34,737 nt of DNA from Puia sp. (GTDB lineage Bacteria; Bacteroidota; Bacteroidia; Chitinophagales; Chitinophagaceae): NCBI GenBank assembly GCA_036496825.1, contig DASXKM010000342.1:1-34737 (forward strand), in the 5' to 3' direction. The notes beneath the pieces were generated by a model. It searched no databases. It was given only the letters and a program-made list of their open reading frames with translations, and was not told the origin of the DNA. A program made the translations under genes and the position numbers. Shown here piece by piece: positions 8,624 through 18,127 of this stretch. The number at the start of each line of letters is the position of its first letter. The first letter of the stretch is position 1.

Positions 8624-9397
8624 ATGGCAGATATCCAAACGACCGTTAACTATATGATCACAAAATTCAAAGACTTTCTTTACAAAACCGGCCTTTCAAA
8701 ATCTGAACTGGATCCTGAGAAAGCATACGAAATCTGGTCAGCGAATTATGATAAACAGCCTGGCAATCTGATGCTTGACCTGGATGAAAAGATTTTTACA
8801 GACCTGATAGAACAGGTCGATCTCAAAGACAAAGAAGTAGCAGATATTGGTTGCGGCACCGGCAGGCATTGGGAAAAAATATATGCAAAAAATCCTTCGG
8901 CCGTCATTGGTTTTGATATTTCCGGGGCGATGCTCGAACGCCTGAAAAGCAAATTTCCATTTGCCAATACACAAAAGACAACGGACAATCTATTGGCATC
9001 AGTTCCGGATGCCTCCATAGATTTTATTGTTTCAACGCTGACCATTGCTCATATAAAAAACATCAGAGAAGCCATTGCATCCTGGTCCAGAGTTCTGAAA
9101 ATGAATGGCGAAATACTGGTTACTGATTTCCATCCTTCCCTGCTTGCAAGAGGCGGCAAAAGAAGTTTCAGTCATGGCGGCAGGAGTCTGTCCGTAAGAA
9201 ATTATACTCATTCGATCGAGAAAATAAAGCAATTTTTTTATGATGCCGGACTCTCGCTGATCCGGGAGGAAGAAAGGACCGTGGATGAAAATGTAAGATC
9301 ATATTATGAAGCAAAGAATGCGCTGCCCGTTTACGAGCGCTTTAAAGGGCTTCCTGTTATTTACGGATTATACTTAAGGAAACAACGTGCTGCTTAA
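8624..9397 (+). CDS. Class I SAM-dependent methyltransferase
   Basis: AYEIWSANYD, motif I VADIGCGTGRH, GFDIS and ILVTDFHP. Alternative start at ATG 8654. Confidence 0.88.
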   Translation: MADIQTTVNYMITKFKDFLYKTGLSKSELDPEKAYEIWSANYDKQPGNLMLDLDEKIFTDLIEQVDLKDKEVADIGCGTGRHWEKIYAKNPSAVIGFDISGAMLERLKSKFPFANTQKTTDNLLASVPDASIDFIVSTLTIAHIKNIREAIASWSRVLKMNGEILVTDFHPSLLARGGKRSFSHGGRSLSVRNYTHSIEKIKQFFYDAGLSLIREEERTVDENVRSYYEAKNALPVYERFKGLPVIYGLYLRKQRAA

Positions 9398-10574
9398 TCA
9401 TCTATCCATTATTAATTCAGATCAGCCGGTAAATATTGCCATTTACGGAGAAAAAATGATGGCAATCGGACCCGGGCATGTAAATAATTCCTCTGATCCA
9501 TTGCAGCTTCGGTTTACAAATGCCATCGCCATTCCCGGTCTGATCAATTCGCACGATCATCTTGATTTTAATTGCTTTTCTGTATTAGGCAATAGAAAGT
9601 ACGATCATTATACCGACTGGGGAAAACATATCCACGAGTCCCATAAGGAAAATATCAGGGCGGTACTGAGAATACCTAAAAAACTTCGCGCGGCCTGGGG
9701 AATGTACAAGAATCTGCTGGCTGGTGTCACAACGGTAGTCAATCATGGCAGCCGGCTTGAAATCGAGAATCCCCTAATCGATATATACCAGGAATCACAA
9801 AATTTGCATTCCGTGGCATTCGAAAAAAACTGGAAGTGGAAACTGAATAACCCTGTTCATCTGCGGAGAGATTTCGTCATACATACAGGCGAAGGCACCG
9901 ACAAGCGATCCGCTGACGAAATTGATCTATTGCTGAAGTTCAATCTTCTGAGAAGAACTTTAATAGGTATTCATGGCGTATCCATGAAGCCTGAACAGGC
10001 CAAACGATTCAAGGCCATGATCTGGTGTCCTGAATCTAACCGGATACTACTGGATCAAAATGCCCGCATTCATGAATTGAAAAACAGCACGACGGTGGTT
10101 TTTGGAACCGACTCTACATTGACTGGCGGCTGGAATATCTGGAAACATCTGAGACTCGCACGCACACTGCATCAGGTAACCGATGAGGAATTGCTGGATA
10201 TGATTACCAGCGCACCAGCGAGGTTATGGAATCTCAACAAGGGTAAACTGGAACCAAAAAAAGATGCTGATATCGTTGTGCTGAAAATGAAAAACAAATA
10301 TGCCGGAGCGAGTGAATTATTCAATGCAAATCCCGAAGACATATTACTGATTATTCACAAAGGGCAAATCCGATTATTTGATAAATCGCTGCTCCCGCAA
10401 CTCAGGCTCCTGCCGATGAATCTTTTCCGATATAACCAGATAAACTTTAAAGAGAATACAAAATTCGTTGAGGGAGATCTGCCCGGTCTGATTGGTGAAA
10501 TCAAAAAGTATAATCCGAATATCCATTTCCCTGTTGAAGTTTTCGAAACGATTAATGAATCTCACTATGATTAA
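9387..10574 (+). CDS. Metal-dependent amidohydrolase family protein (deaminase-like)
   Basis: PGLINSHDH (HxH), HTGEG (HxxE), IHG, WCPESN, GTDS and ADIVV motifs. GTG start overlaps the upstream stop. Confidence 0.85.
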   Translation: MLLNHLSIINSDQPVNIAIYGEKMMAIGPGHVNNSSDPLQLRFTNAIAIPGLINSHDHLDFNCFSVLGNRKYDHYTDWGKHIHESHKENIRAVLRIPKKLRAAWGMYKNLLAGVTTVVNHGSRLEIENPLIDIYQESQNLHSVAFEKNWKWKLNNPVHLRRDFVIHTGEGTDKRSADEIDLLLKFNLLRRTLIGIHGVSMKPEQAKRFKAMIWCPESNRILLDQNARIHELKNSTTVVFGTDSTLTGGWNIWKHLRLARTLHQVTDEELLDMITSAPARLWNLNKGKLEPKKDADIVVLKMKNKYAGASELFNANPEDILLIIHKGQIRLFDKSLLPQLRLLPMNLFRYNQINFKENTKFVEGDLPGLIGEIKKYNPNIHFPVEVFETINESHYD

Positions 10575-11670
10575 AGTCGTGGACATCGTTTACCATCATC
10601 ATAGTGAATTCAATAAACCTCTGCAGGTGCTGGAAAAACATGCTCCTTCATTGGGTTTTGCCGACTTTATACAGAAATCAATTCAGATTATTTTTGTAAA
10701 ACACCTGGACTACAATGGCATCGAATATATCAACGGTAAAGCCTATGCTTTTTTCAGAGGCCGGAACAAGTTCTGGCATATCCCTTTTAAAACGCATCGG
10801 TACGTCAAGAGTCAAAATCCCGATATCGTATTGGTAGAAGGCCTGATCTTCCCATTGCAGTTAATATCATTAAAATGGATGCTGGGCAAAAACTGCAGAA
10901 TCATTGTTCAGCATCATGGGGAAAAACCCTTTGATGGAATGAAGGGGTTGCTGCAAAAAATAGCCGACAGGAATATAAGTGCTTACCTTTTTACCTCTTA
11001 TAAAAACGCATCCGCCTGGATCAACAAAAAAATTATAAGAAATCCATATAAGTGCAAGGAAGTGCTGGAAGCGTCTACAAACTTTATCAGACGGGATAAA
11101 GTGAAAAGTCAGGCCCGGGTTGGCATGTCCGGCGTCCACAATTTTTTATGGGTCGGAAGACTGAATAAAAATAAGGATCCTCTAACCGTACTGAAAGCAT
11201 TTAAAAAATATGGTCTCTATCATCCGAATGCCAGGTTATATATGATATATCAGGACGAAGAGTTACTGGAGGAAGTAAAGAATAAGGTTCTTCAAAGTGT
11301 TGTACTGGAAGATGCAGTAAAGCTGATTGGGAAAGTGGATCACCGTGAACTGACCTACTGGTTCAGCGCTGCCAATTTTTACATCTCAGGCAGTCTTTCC
11401 GAAGGAAGCGGTTACGCATTACTGGAAGCGATGGCATGTGGTTGCATACCGGTAGTTACCGCAATTCCTTCTTTCGAAAAAATTACAGAAAAGGGGAAAT
11501 ATGGATTTTTATTCCCGCCGGAAGATGTCGAAGCTTTGGCTCAATTGCTTGAAAATCTACATACGATGCCGATCGAAAGAGAGAGGCTGAGGATTGAAAA
11601 ATATTTCCGTGAAAATCTCAGTTTTAAAAGCATTGCGGAAAGTCTGGGTGACGTGATCAATCAATTGTAG
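10567..11670 (+). CDS. Glycosyltransferase family 4
   Basis: WVGRLNKNKD and EGSGYALLEAMACG. Start moved to ATG 10567, an ATGATTAA overlap with the amidohydrolase stop. Confidence 0.9.
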   Translation: MIKVVDIVYHHHSEFNKPLQVLEKHAPSLGFADFIQKSIQIIFVKHLDYNGIEYINGKAYAFFRGRNKFWHIPFKTHRYVKSQNPDIVLVEGLIFPLQLISLKWMLGKNCRIIVQHHGEKPFDGMKGLLQKIADRNISAYLFTSYKNASAWINKKIIRNPYKCKEVLEASTNFIRRDKVKSQARVGMSGVHNFLWVGRLNKNKDPLTVLKAFKKYGLYHPNARLYMIYQDEELLEEVKNKVLQSVVLEDAVKLIGKVDHRELTYWFSAANFYISGSLSEGSGYALLEAMACGCIPVVTAIPSFEKITEKGKYGFLFPPEDVEALAQLLENLHTMPIERERLRIEKYFRENLSFKSIAESLGDVINQL

Positions 11671-12716
11671 AGGGATAATATTTTATTGCAGGTTTCTCCG
11701 ATCGGCCAGGTCAGCACGGAATCATGTTTCATGTTTTTATTGTTCAATAACTCCAGCAGCTTTTCTTTCATTTCCTCCTTCGTTTTAACAATATGGTGAT
11801 GATCGAAATTGATATGCATCGGTTTACAATAACTCAGAACCTGCGTCCCCGCATATAATGCTTCTAAAAAAACGATACCAAATCCTTCATAGGAAGAGGG
11901 ATGAACAAGTATTCTGGATTCTCTCATGATATCCAATATACTGTCATGGTCCAGTTCACCGCGCAATTCAATCTGACTGGTTAAATGAAAATGTTGAATG
12001 AGTTGTTGCAGTTTCCCGCGTTCCGGTCCATCTCCACAAATCACCGCCCTGATATCCGGATGTGTGTCAGCGAGCGCTGCAACCAGCAAAATAATCTGAT
12101 CAAACTGTTTCAGCGGTATCAGGGAACCCACACCGAGAATATCAATTTTTCTCTCTATCTTTTTTTCTGGAAAAGATACAATGTCAATTCCCGGTGGAAT
12201 GGTATGGGCTGGTTTTATCTTATAATTTCTGAAAAACTCATCTGCGAGAAAATCCGACAGGGCAATCAGTGATTCCTGTCTGGAGCGGACGATTGAAACA
12301 TACCGGTTATTCTTTCTGGCATCCTGACCCATTAACCAGGTAAATGACCGTACACCGTATTTCTTCGCCGCAAATTTTGCCAGTAGCGACGCCTCCCCCA
12401 TCCAGAAGCTAAGAATGCCTGTCACTTTTTCTTCGCGGAATATTTTTTTCAGGCGCCGCCATATCGTTGTCCACAAAAATAAACGCCGTATTCCACCCTT
12501 GTTTCTGCCGTTGAATGCGTGTACTTCGCATGCATGCCATTCATAAACTGCCTCAAAATATGGATATTGAAATGTCAACACTTTTATGTTCAGATCCGGA
12601 TTTGATAATTTGAGATGTTTGACAAAAGCCTGGGGAAAAGGAAGACAGGCACTATCCTGTTCATTGGCAGGAAAACCCGGAATCAGGATAATCAGTGTTT
12701 TATTTTTCCAGGTCAT
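11661..12716 (-). CDS. Glycosyltransferase family 4
   Basis: GVGSLIPLKQ, GDGPER and EGFGIVFLEALYAG. Confidence 0.9.
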   Translation of the reverse strand: MTWKNKTLIILIPGFPANEQDSACLPFPQAFVKHLKLSNPDLNIKVLTFQYPYFEAVYEWHACEVHAFNGRNKGGIRRLFLWTTIWRRLKKIFREEKVTGILSFWMGEASLLAKFAAKKYGVRSFTWLMGQDARKNNRYVSIVRSRQESLIALSDFLADEFFRNYKIKPAHTIPPGIDIVSFPEKKIERKIDILGVGSLIPLKQFDQIILLVAALADTHPDIRAVICGDGPERGKLQQLIQHFHLTSQIELRGELDHDSILDIMRESRILVHPSSYEGFGIVFLEALYAGTQVLSYCKPMHINFDHHHIVKTKEEMKEKLLELLNNKNMKHDSVLTWPIGETCNKILSLYN

Positions 12717-14370
12717 CCAATTGGATTTTCTTGTTACAGAAAGAAAATGCGTCGGTGTTATGCGTAATTAAAAGGATGATCTTCCCGTTGTTTGCCAGTA
12801 TCCGGAGTTGTTTCAGCATTTCTGTTTCGGCAGCCCTGTCCAACTCACTGAACGGTTCGTCCAGAATAAGCAGGTCATAATCTCTGTATAAGGCGCGCGC
12901 CAAAATAAAACGTTGCCTTTGCCCGCCGCTTAAATTTTTCCCATTCTCAGTTATCACGGTATCCACCCCATGAGAAAATGACCGGACCATTTGAGCCATA
13001 CCTGTCAACTCTAAAACATCTTCCATTCTTTTTTTATTATAATTACCTTCCTCCAATGTGATATTTTCAGCTAAAGATGCGTGTAGAAAAAAATGTTGTT
13101 GTTTGATATAAGATATTCTCTTCCATAATTTCTTTCTGGTATCCAAATCCGATAGATGACCATTAAAATATATATTTCCTTTGTCCGTAGTTAAAAATCC
13201 CAATAATAAATTTACCAGTGTTGTTTTACCCCGGCCGGATATGCCGGATATGCCCATCATGTCGCCTTTCTCCAGTTTCATCGAAAAAGATTTCAGGAGG
13301 CTTTTTCCATTGAAATCGAAATCAACATTTTCAAAATCGATGGAAGAAATATGATCCGTAATATCATTTGTTTCCGTCGGATGCCCATCGCTTTTGGTTA
13401 ACCCGGCCGCCGCATATGCATAGGTCCTTACCTGTCCGGTTAAATTGGTAATTTTTACAATACCGGGAATAATTTTATAGGCGGCCGCCATCAGTGCGCC
13501 CAGGGTGATTATGGGGATCGTAGAATGATGAGAGGCAAGAAAATTCAAAACGATGAGAAGAAATAAACCAAATACAGCAAATACCTCAATAAAACGGGTG
13601 GGCATATTTTGTATGATCAGCCGCTCAGACAAATATCGATTGAGTCGTTTCTGGAAACGATGATACCGGTTCGTAAAGAATTCATTTTTTGAATTCAGGT
13701 TACTCTCTACATAGCCCGTCAATGCTTCCTGCAGATGTTGCATGGATTTTTCACTCATGCTCTTTCCCATCTGGCGGCCTTCATGAAGTCTTCTTTTTAT
13801 GAATATTGAAATCATGGCGACGGGTGGAACCAGTATCAACAGCAGCAATGGCAACAACAATGGGTTAAAAATTGCGATCGCGGTGACGCTTATCAGGATC
13901 AGGATTGCCTGACTAAAAATCTGTTGCAATCCGTTCAATACATAATGGCAGAACTCAACAGGCTGCTGGCTGATATACCTGTTCATAACAGAAGAATCAA
14001 CATGAATGTAATCCGTATAAGGGCCATTCAGGTATTGCAATAAATTGTCCCTTGAAATCCGGGAAGCCACTCCATATACATAATTATATTGCGCTTTTGA
14101 AATGAGAAAAGCCAGGATATTCTTTGCGGTAAACAAAAGAAAAAATAAGCTGATCAGCAAGACCGGGTGTTCATTAAAAAGAGCGGGTGAAAAAAATTTG
14201 TCGGATGCCTGACCCTGTGGTTGCGTGTAAAAATTGATCACAAATAATAATGCAATTAAAAACAAAATATCCAGCACACTGATAAACACATCCGCGATTG
14301 TAAGTTGCCAAAGTTTGTCAACCTCCCTTCGGTTGAGTATCCTGAATATGTCTTTCACAATCTGCTTCAA
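12700..14370 (-). CDS. Fused ABC exporter (TMD + NBD; PglK/HetA/MsbA-like)
   Basis: N-terminal hydrophobic helices, Walker A GISGRGKTT, signature LSGGQRQR and Walker B LLILDE. Start is uncertain (TTG 14370 or GTG 14358); the track start at 14451 lies upstream of the candidate promoter. Confidence 0.88.
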   Translation of the reverse strand: MKQIVKDIFRILNRREVDKLWQLTIADVFISVLDILFLIALLFVINFYTQPQGQASDKFFSPALFNEHPVLLISLFFLLFTAKNILAFLISKAQYNYVYGVASRISRDNLLQYLNGPYTDYIHVDSSVMNRYISQQPVEFCHYVLNGLQQIFSQAILILISVTAIAIFNPLLLPLLLLILVPPVAMISIFIKRRLHEGRQMGKSMSEKSMQHLQEALTGYVESNLNSKNEFFTNRYHRFQKRLNRYLSERLIIQNMPTRFIEVFAVFGLFLLIVLNFLASHHSTIPIITLGALMAAAYKIIPGIVKITNLTGQVRTYAYAAAGLTKSDGHPTETNDITDHISSIDFENVDFDFNGKSLLKSFSMKLEKGDMMGISGISGRGKTTLVNLLLGFLTTDKGNIYFNGHLSDLDTRKKLWKRISYIKQQHFFLHASLAENITLEEGNYNKKRMEDVLELTGMAQMVRSFSHGVDTVITENGKNLSGGQRQRFILARALYRDYDLLILDEPFSELDRAAETEMLKQLRILANNGKIILLITHNTDAFSFCNKKIQLDDLEK

Positions 14371-14420
14371 GAACCTGATTTGATCAATAAATGAACGAAG
14401 ATTATTTCCTGCCCCTTTGG

Positions 14421-14450
14421 TAATACGAAGGTTTCCATGCGCCGGTGTCA
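14421..14450 (-). promoter_or_regulatory. Candidate ECF sigma promoter, copy 5, variant (TGACACC-N16-CGTATTA)
   Basis: Minus strand reads tgacacc ggcgcatggaaacctt cgtatta upstream of the ABC-GT unit. The -35 part deviates from the other copies. Confidence 0.45.
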
Positions 14451-14486
14451 AAACATTTAAATATCTTGGGGTTCAGGAACATTCAT

Positions 14487-16277
14487 ATGACCAATAAAAT
14501 ACTGACAGTTTTTGCTGTTTTCTTTTCCAGCCTTATTTCGATTGCCACTTATTCGCAAAATACCACGACAAAAAACACAGATAACAAGGAATGGGTTATT
14601 AAATCTAATAACTATACCAAGATACTGATTGATATCGACGAGAAGTATTCTCCCGAGTTTGGCTCTGAACAGGGACTGGCTGTTTATGATACACTGACAG
14701 GGGTGCCGACACTGGCAAATTTATATGCTCAAAGAAAGGACAGGGAAAATGCAGTCATATTCTTAAATGAGGCAAAGCAAAAGGAAACGAATATTAAAGT
14801 AAAACAGGATCTGGAGATCCTGCTAAGCAATACAAAACTAAATTTCCGTCAACAGGACTTTGAGCTCAACAGGGAGGTTCCTTTTTTCAATCCTTCGAGT
14901 ACAGTTTTTAATGGTATCAAAACATTACTTGACGACCAGACGCCCATAGAAAGACGAAATGCTGCTTTGATCCGCTTACGTAAATATGCCGGTTTACAAT
15001 CCGGATACTCTCCTCTTACGTCGATCCTCAAAGAACGTACCATACTGCAGATGAAAAAAGTTGATATGATATTTCCTGCGAGGCAAAAAATGGAAGTTAT
15101 TTTATCGCACAACGGCAGCATAGTAGAAGGTATTCAGCAGTTATTCATAAAATATAAAATAACCGGCTGGGAAGAACCTTATGCCGTAATTAAGAAGCAA
15201 CTTGAAGAATATGATCAGTGGACAAAGGATTCAGTACTTCCCAAAGGACGCTCTGACTTCAGATTACCTCCTGAGAAATATAAACTTGCCCTTGAAGCAT
15301 ACGGGATTGACATCCCACCGGCAGAGATTGCAAAAATGGCGCATGCTGCATTTAATGATATACAGGAACAGATGAAACCGCTGGCAGAACAAATTGCGAA
15401 AAAATACAATCTTCCATCGAATGACTATCGTTCGGTCATGCAGTTTTTGAAAAAAGATCAGATTATTGGCGATTCCATTCTGCCACTTTATGAATCTCAC
15501 CTGGCAATCATCGAAGACATTATCAGAAAACAACAACTCGTTACTCTGCCAGACCGCCCGGCAATTATCAAAATAGCCACGGCTGCTGAAACGGCCGAGC
15601 AACCCGCACCCCATATGGTTCGACCCCCGTTTTTAAATAATACAGGGCAGCGTGGTGTATTCGTATTGCCACTGAATCTGCCGCCTGCACCTGGCGAAAA
15701 AATCGATAAATACGACGATTTTACTTTCGATGCCGCATCCTGGACCCTCATAGCACATGAAGTACGCCCCGGGCACGAAATGCAATTCGATAAAATGGTT
15801 GAAGAGGGAGTTTCCCTGGCCCGGGCCCTTTATGCGTTAAATTCAACAAACACGGAAGGCTGGGGATTATATTCGGAATATATTACGCGGCCGTTTATGC
15901 CTGTTGAAGGCCAGCTCGTTTCGCTGGACTACAGATTACTTCGCGCTGCCCGGGCATTTCTGGATCCTGAATTACAGGCCGGCATCATCACACAGCAGCA
16001 GGCACTGACTATATTAATGGTCGACGTTGTCTCATCTCATGCATTTGCACAACAGGAAGTTGAGCGTTACAGCCTGCGTGCCCCGGGTCAGGCCAACAGT
16101 TATTTTTATGGGTTTACAAAAATGGTTTCACTTCGAAAAGATACTGAGCAGGCGCTTGGTGTAAAATTTAACCAGTTGCGCTTCCACGATTTTATCCTGT
16201 CACAAGGCATTTTACCGCCGGCGTTGATAAGAGATGCGGTTATGAATGAATTTGTGCCGGCTGAAAAAATGCGGTGA
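14487..16277 (+). CDS. DUF885 family secreted protein (putative zinc metallopeptidase)
   Basis: Signal peptide from ATG 14487 (MTNKILTVFAVFF...YS|Q), plus HEVRPGH, EGWGLYSE, PGQANSY and FHDFIL motifs. Confidence 0.85.
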   Translation: MTNKILTVFAVFFSSLISIATYSQNTTTKNTDNKEWVIKSNNYTKILIDIDEKYSPEFGSEQGLAVYDTLTGVPTLANLYAQRKDRENAVIFLNEAKQKETNIKVKQDLEILLSNTKLNFRQQDFELNREVPFFNPSSTVFNGIKTLLDDQTPIERRNAALIRLRKYAGLQSGYSPLTSILKERTILQMKKVDMIFPARQKMEVILSHNGSIVEGIQQLFIKYKITGWEEPYAVIKKQLEEYDQWTKDSVLPKGRSDFRLPPEKYKLALEAYGIDIPPAEIAKMAHAAFNDIQEQMKPLAEQIAKKYNLPSNDYRSVMQFLKKDQIIGDSILPLYESHLAIIEDIIRKQQLVTLPDRPAIIKIATAAETAEQPAPHMVRPPFLNNTGQRGVFVLPLNLPPAPGEKIDKYDDFTFDAASWTLIAHEVRPGHEMQFDKMVEEGVSLARALYALNSTNTEGWGLYSEYITRPFMPVEGQLVSLDYRLLRAARAFLDPELQAGIITQQQALTILMVDVVSSHAFAQQEVERYSLRAPGQANSYFYGFTKMVSLRKDTEQALGVKFNQLRFHDFILSQGILPPALIRDAVMNEFVPAEKMR

Positions 16278-16301
16278 GTGCCTTTTTTTAAAGACTGTCT
16301 G

Positions 16302-16724
16302 TCAGCTGAGTTCTGCTGAGGTCCTGTAAGCGGTGCCCTTGAAGAGAGCGACCAACTCATCTTTTTCATTCGTCGTGCGAACATCGTAGATGCCGATTTT
16401 GTTGCCAAGGAAAATTTCAACGGCTTCCACGTTTAGCAGTTCACCCGTTTTTACCGGCTTTGTAAAACTGACTGAAGCATCGAGTGCCACAGTGAGATGC
16501 CCATAGGAATTACACGCAAAGGCAAAAGCAGAATCAGCGGCCGCAAACAATATGCCTCCGTGAACACTGTTGAACCCATTCATCATATCATCAACAATCC
16601 GATATTGCAATTTGCAGTATCCCTGCCTGAATTCAATAACCTGAAGTCCCAGCCATGCCGTAAACCGGTCCTTCTTCAGCATGATCTTTAGTACATCTTC
16701 CGGGGAAATTTTTTGTTCACCCAT
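16302..16724 (-). CDS. paaI: PaaI-family hotdog-fold acyl-CoA thioesterase
   Basis: MMNGFNSVHGGILFAAADSAFAFACNS signature. Confidence 0.85.
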   Translation of the reverse strand: MGEQKISPEDVLKIMLKKDRFTAWLGLQVIEFRQGYCKLQYRIVDDMMNGFNSVHGGILFAAADSAFAFACNSYGHLTVALDASVSFTKPVKTGELLNVEAVEIFLGNKIGIYDVRTTNEKDELVALFKGTAYRTSAELS

Positions 16725-16796
16725 GATATATTATTTGTGATTTTCAAATTCAGGATAACTTTTAGTGAGTCTTTTTTGAAATTATACACCACTATG

Positions 16797-17462
16797 TTAT
16801 TCACCGAGATATGGATCCTTTATCTTTTTTATCTGATAGCTGATATTGGAAAATTTTACTTCACAGCGATCGCCTGTAGGTGATTGTGCCAAAAATCCCA
16901 GTTTAAATCCTTTGTGCGTTTCGAATTGCAGATGCCTCACCAGGTACCATTTTATCCCGTTTCCGGAACAGTACAATGTAATAACATTATCAGCCTTTGC
17001 TATCTTATAAAAAACCTTGTTGGATTTCATTTCTTCAGAATTACAATCATCCGAAATATCTTTTGTAACCACGCTGACCACCCTTCTTGCTCCGGTATAG
17101 TCTTTCTCAAAGCAAAATTTTATCCAGTTCAGACTGTCCTGTTTGATTACGATGGCTCCGCCGTCCCACTCGCTGGCAAAGGCATGTTCGATGGATGTAA
17201 CAAATACAAAATTCTCATCTCCCTCAAACAAGAGTTTGGGTGCGTTATCCGTGTTGTACTTCACATTTGGATCTCTGAACATATCCGTTTTTCCACTGGC
17301 AATGATCGTCAAATCATTTCCGTTCACTGAGAATGATTTTGGCATATTCTCCCAATATAACCCGCGGGGAATGCCTTGAACTGTTATTGAATCGGTCGAC
17401 TGGGCCTCCACATAGAAGCCAAACAGAAAGACGACCGCCAGGAAGAAAAAACTTTTTATCAT
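16797..17462 (-). CDS. DUF1349 family secreted protein (ConA-like beta-sandwich)
   Basis: Signal peptide from ATG 17462, plus TDMF, NAP, WIKFCFE, VVSVVTKDISDD and QSPTG motifs. Confidence 0.8.
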   Translation of the reverse strand: MIKSFFFLAVVFLFGFYVEAQSTDSITVQGIPRGLYWENMPKSFSVNGNDLTIIASGKTDMFRDPNVKYNTDNAPKLLFEGDENFVFVTSIEHAFASEWDGGAIVIKQDSLNWIKFCFEKDYTGARRVVSVVTKDISDDCNSEEMKSNKVFYKIAKADNVITLYCSGNGIKWYLVRHLQFETHKGFKLGFLAQSPTGDRCEVKFSNISYQIKKIKDPYLGE

Positions 17463-17550
17463 ATTTATTTTTTTCTGAATTTTAAAGGTATGACCAGTTT
17501 GAGTGCCGACCATTCTTCACTCAGGGAACATATTTTCTATCAACCCGATC

Positions 17551-18123
17551 TCAATGCGCCGGCCATTGTTCAGCTTTTGAATTTTTAAAATCTTCTTCCA
17601 GTATAGCATAACTGTACGCATCTATCCATTCTCCGCGGATAGGTAAAATTTTTCTTTTACATCCTTCACGTTTCATTCCGGCTTTTTCAAGAACCCTGGC
17701 TGACGCAATATTTCCCGTCGCGCAACCGGCTTCCACTCTGTGAAGATTTAGTTCGATGAATGCAAAGGTCAATGTTCTGTTGAGAGATTCGGTTGCAAAT
17801 CCATCACCCCAGTTCTCCGGAAGAATCTTGAACCAGACTTCAGCGCTTCTAAGTTTTAATTCTCTGAGTTGTAACCCAATCAGTCCCATCCAATGACCGT
17901 TGTTTCTGTTTTCCAGGGAAAATACAAATAATGATCTCGGCTGTTCGGTTTGGGCCATGATCCATTCAGTCATTAAACATTCTGTTCTTTGGATCGTCTC
18001 AGGACTGCCAAGTGTATTGTATTTATCAGTTTCAGGTCTCGTAAGGAGGTGATGAACATCACTCAGGTCACTTAAAAACAGGTCCCGCATGATTAATCTA
18101 TCAGAATGATATATCAAGCTCAA
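17551..18123 (-). CDS. GNAT N-acetyltransferase (RimJ/RimL-like)
   Basis: WGDGFATE, LHRVEA and NIASARVLEKAGMKREG. Confidence 0.88.
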   Translation of the reverse strand: MSLIYHSDRLIMRDLFLSDLSDVHHLLTRPETDKYNTLGSPETIQRTECLMTEWIMAQTEQPRSLFVFSLENRNNGHWMGLIGLQLRELKLRSAEVWFKILPENWGDGFATESLNRTLTFAFIELNLHRVEAGCATGNIASARVLEKAGMKREGCKRKILPIRGEWIDAYSYAILEEDFKNSKAEQWPAH

Positions 18124-18127
18124 AATT

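Noticed and set aside
14371-14486. Head-to-head overlap of the ABC and DUF885 ORFs as given in the track
   Set aside because: Artefact of longest-ORF calling; better starts at 14370/14358 and 14487 leave a normal divergent gap.
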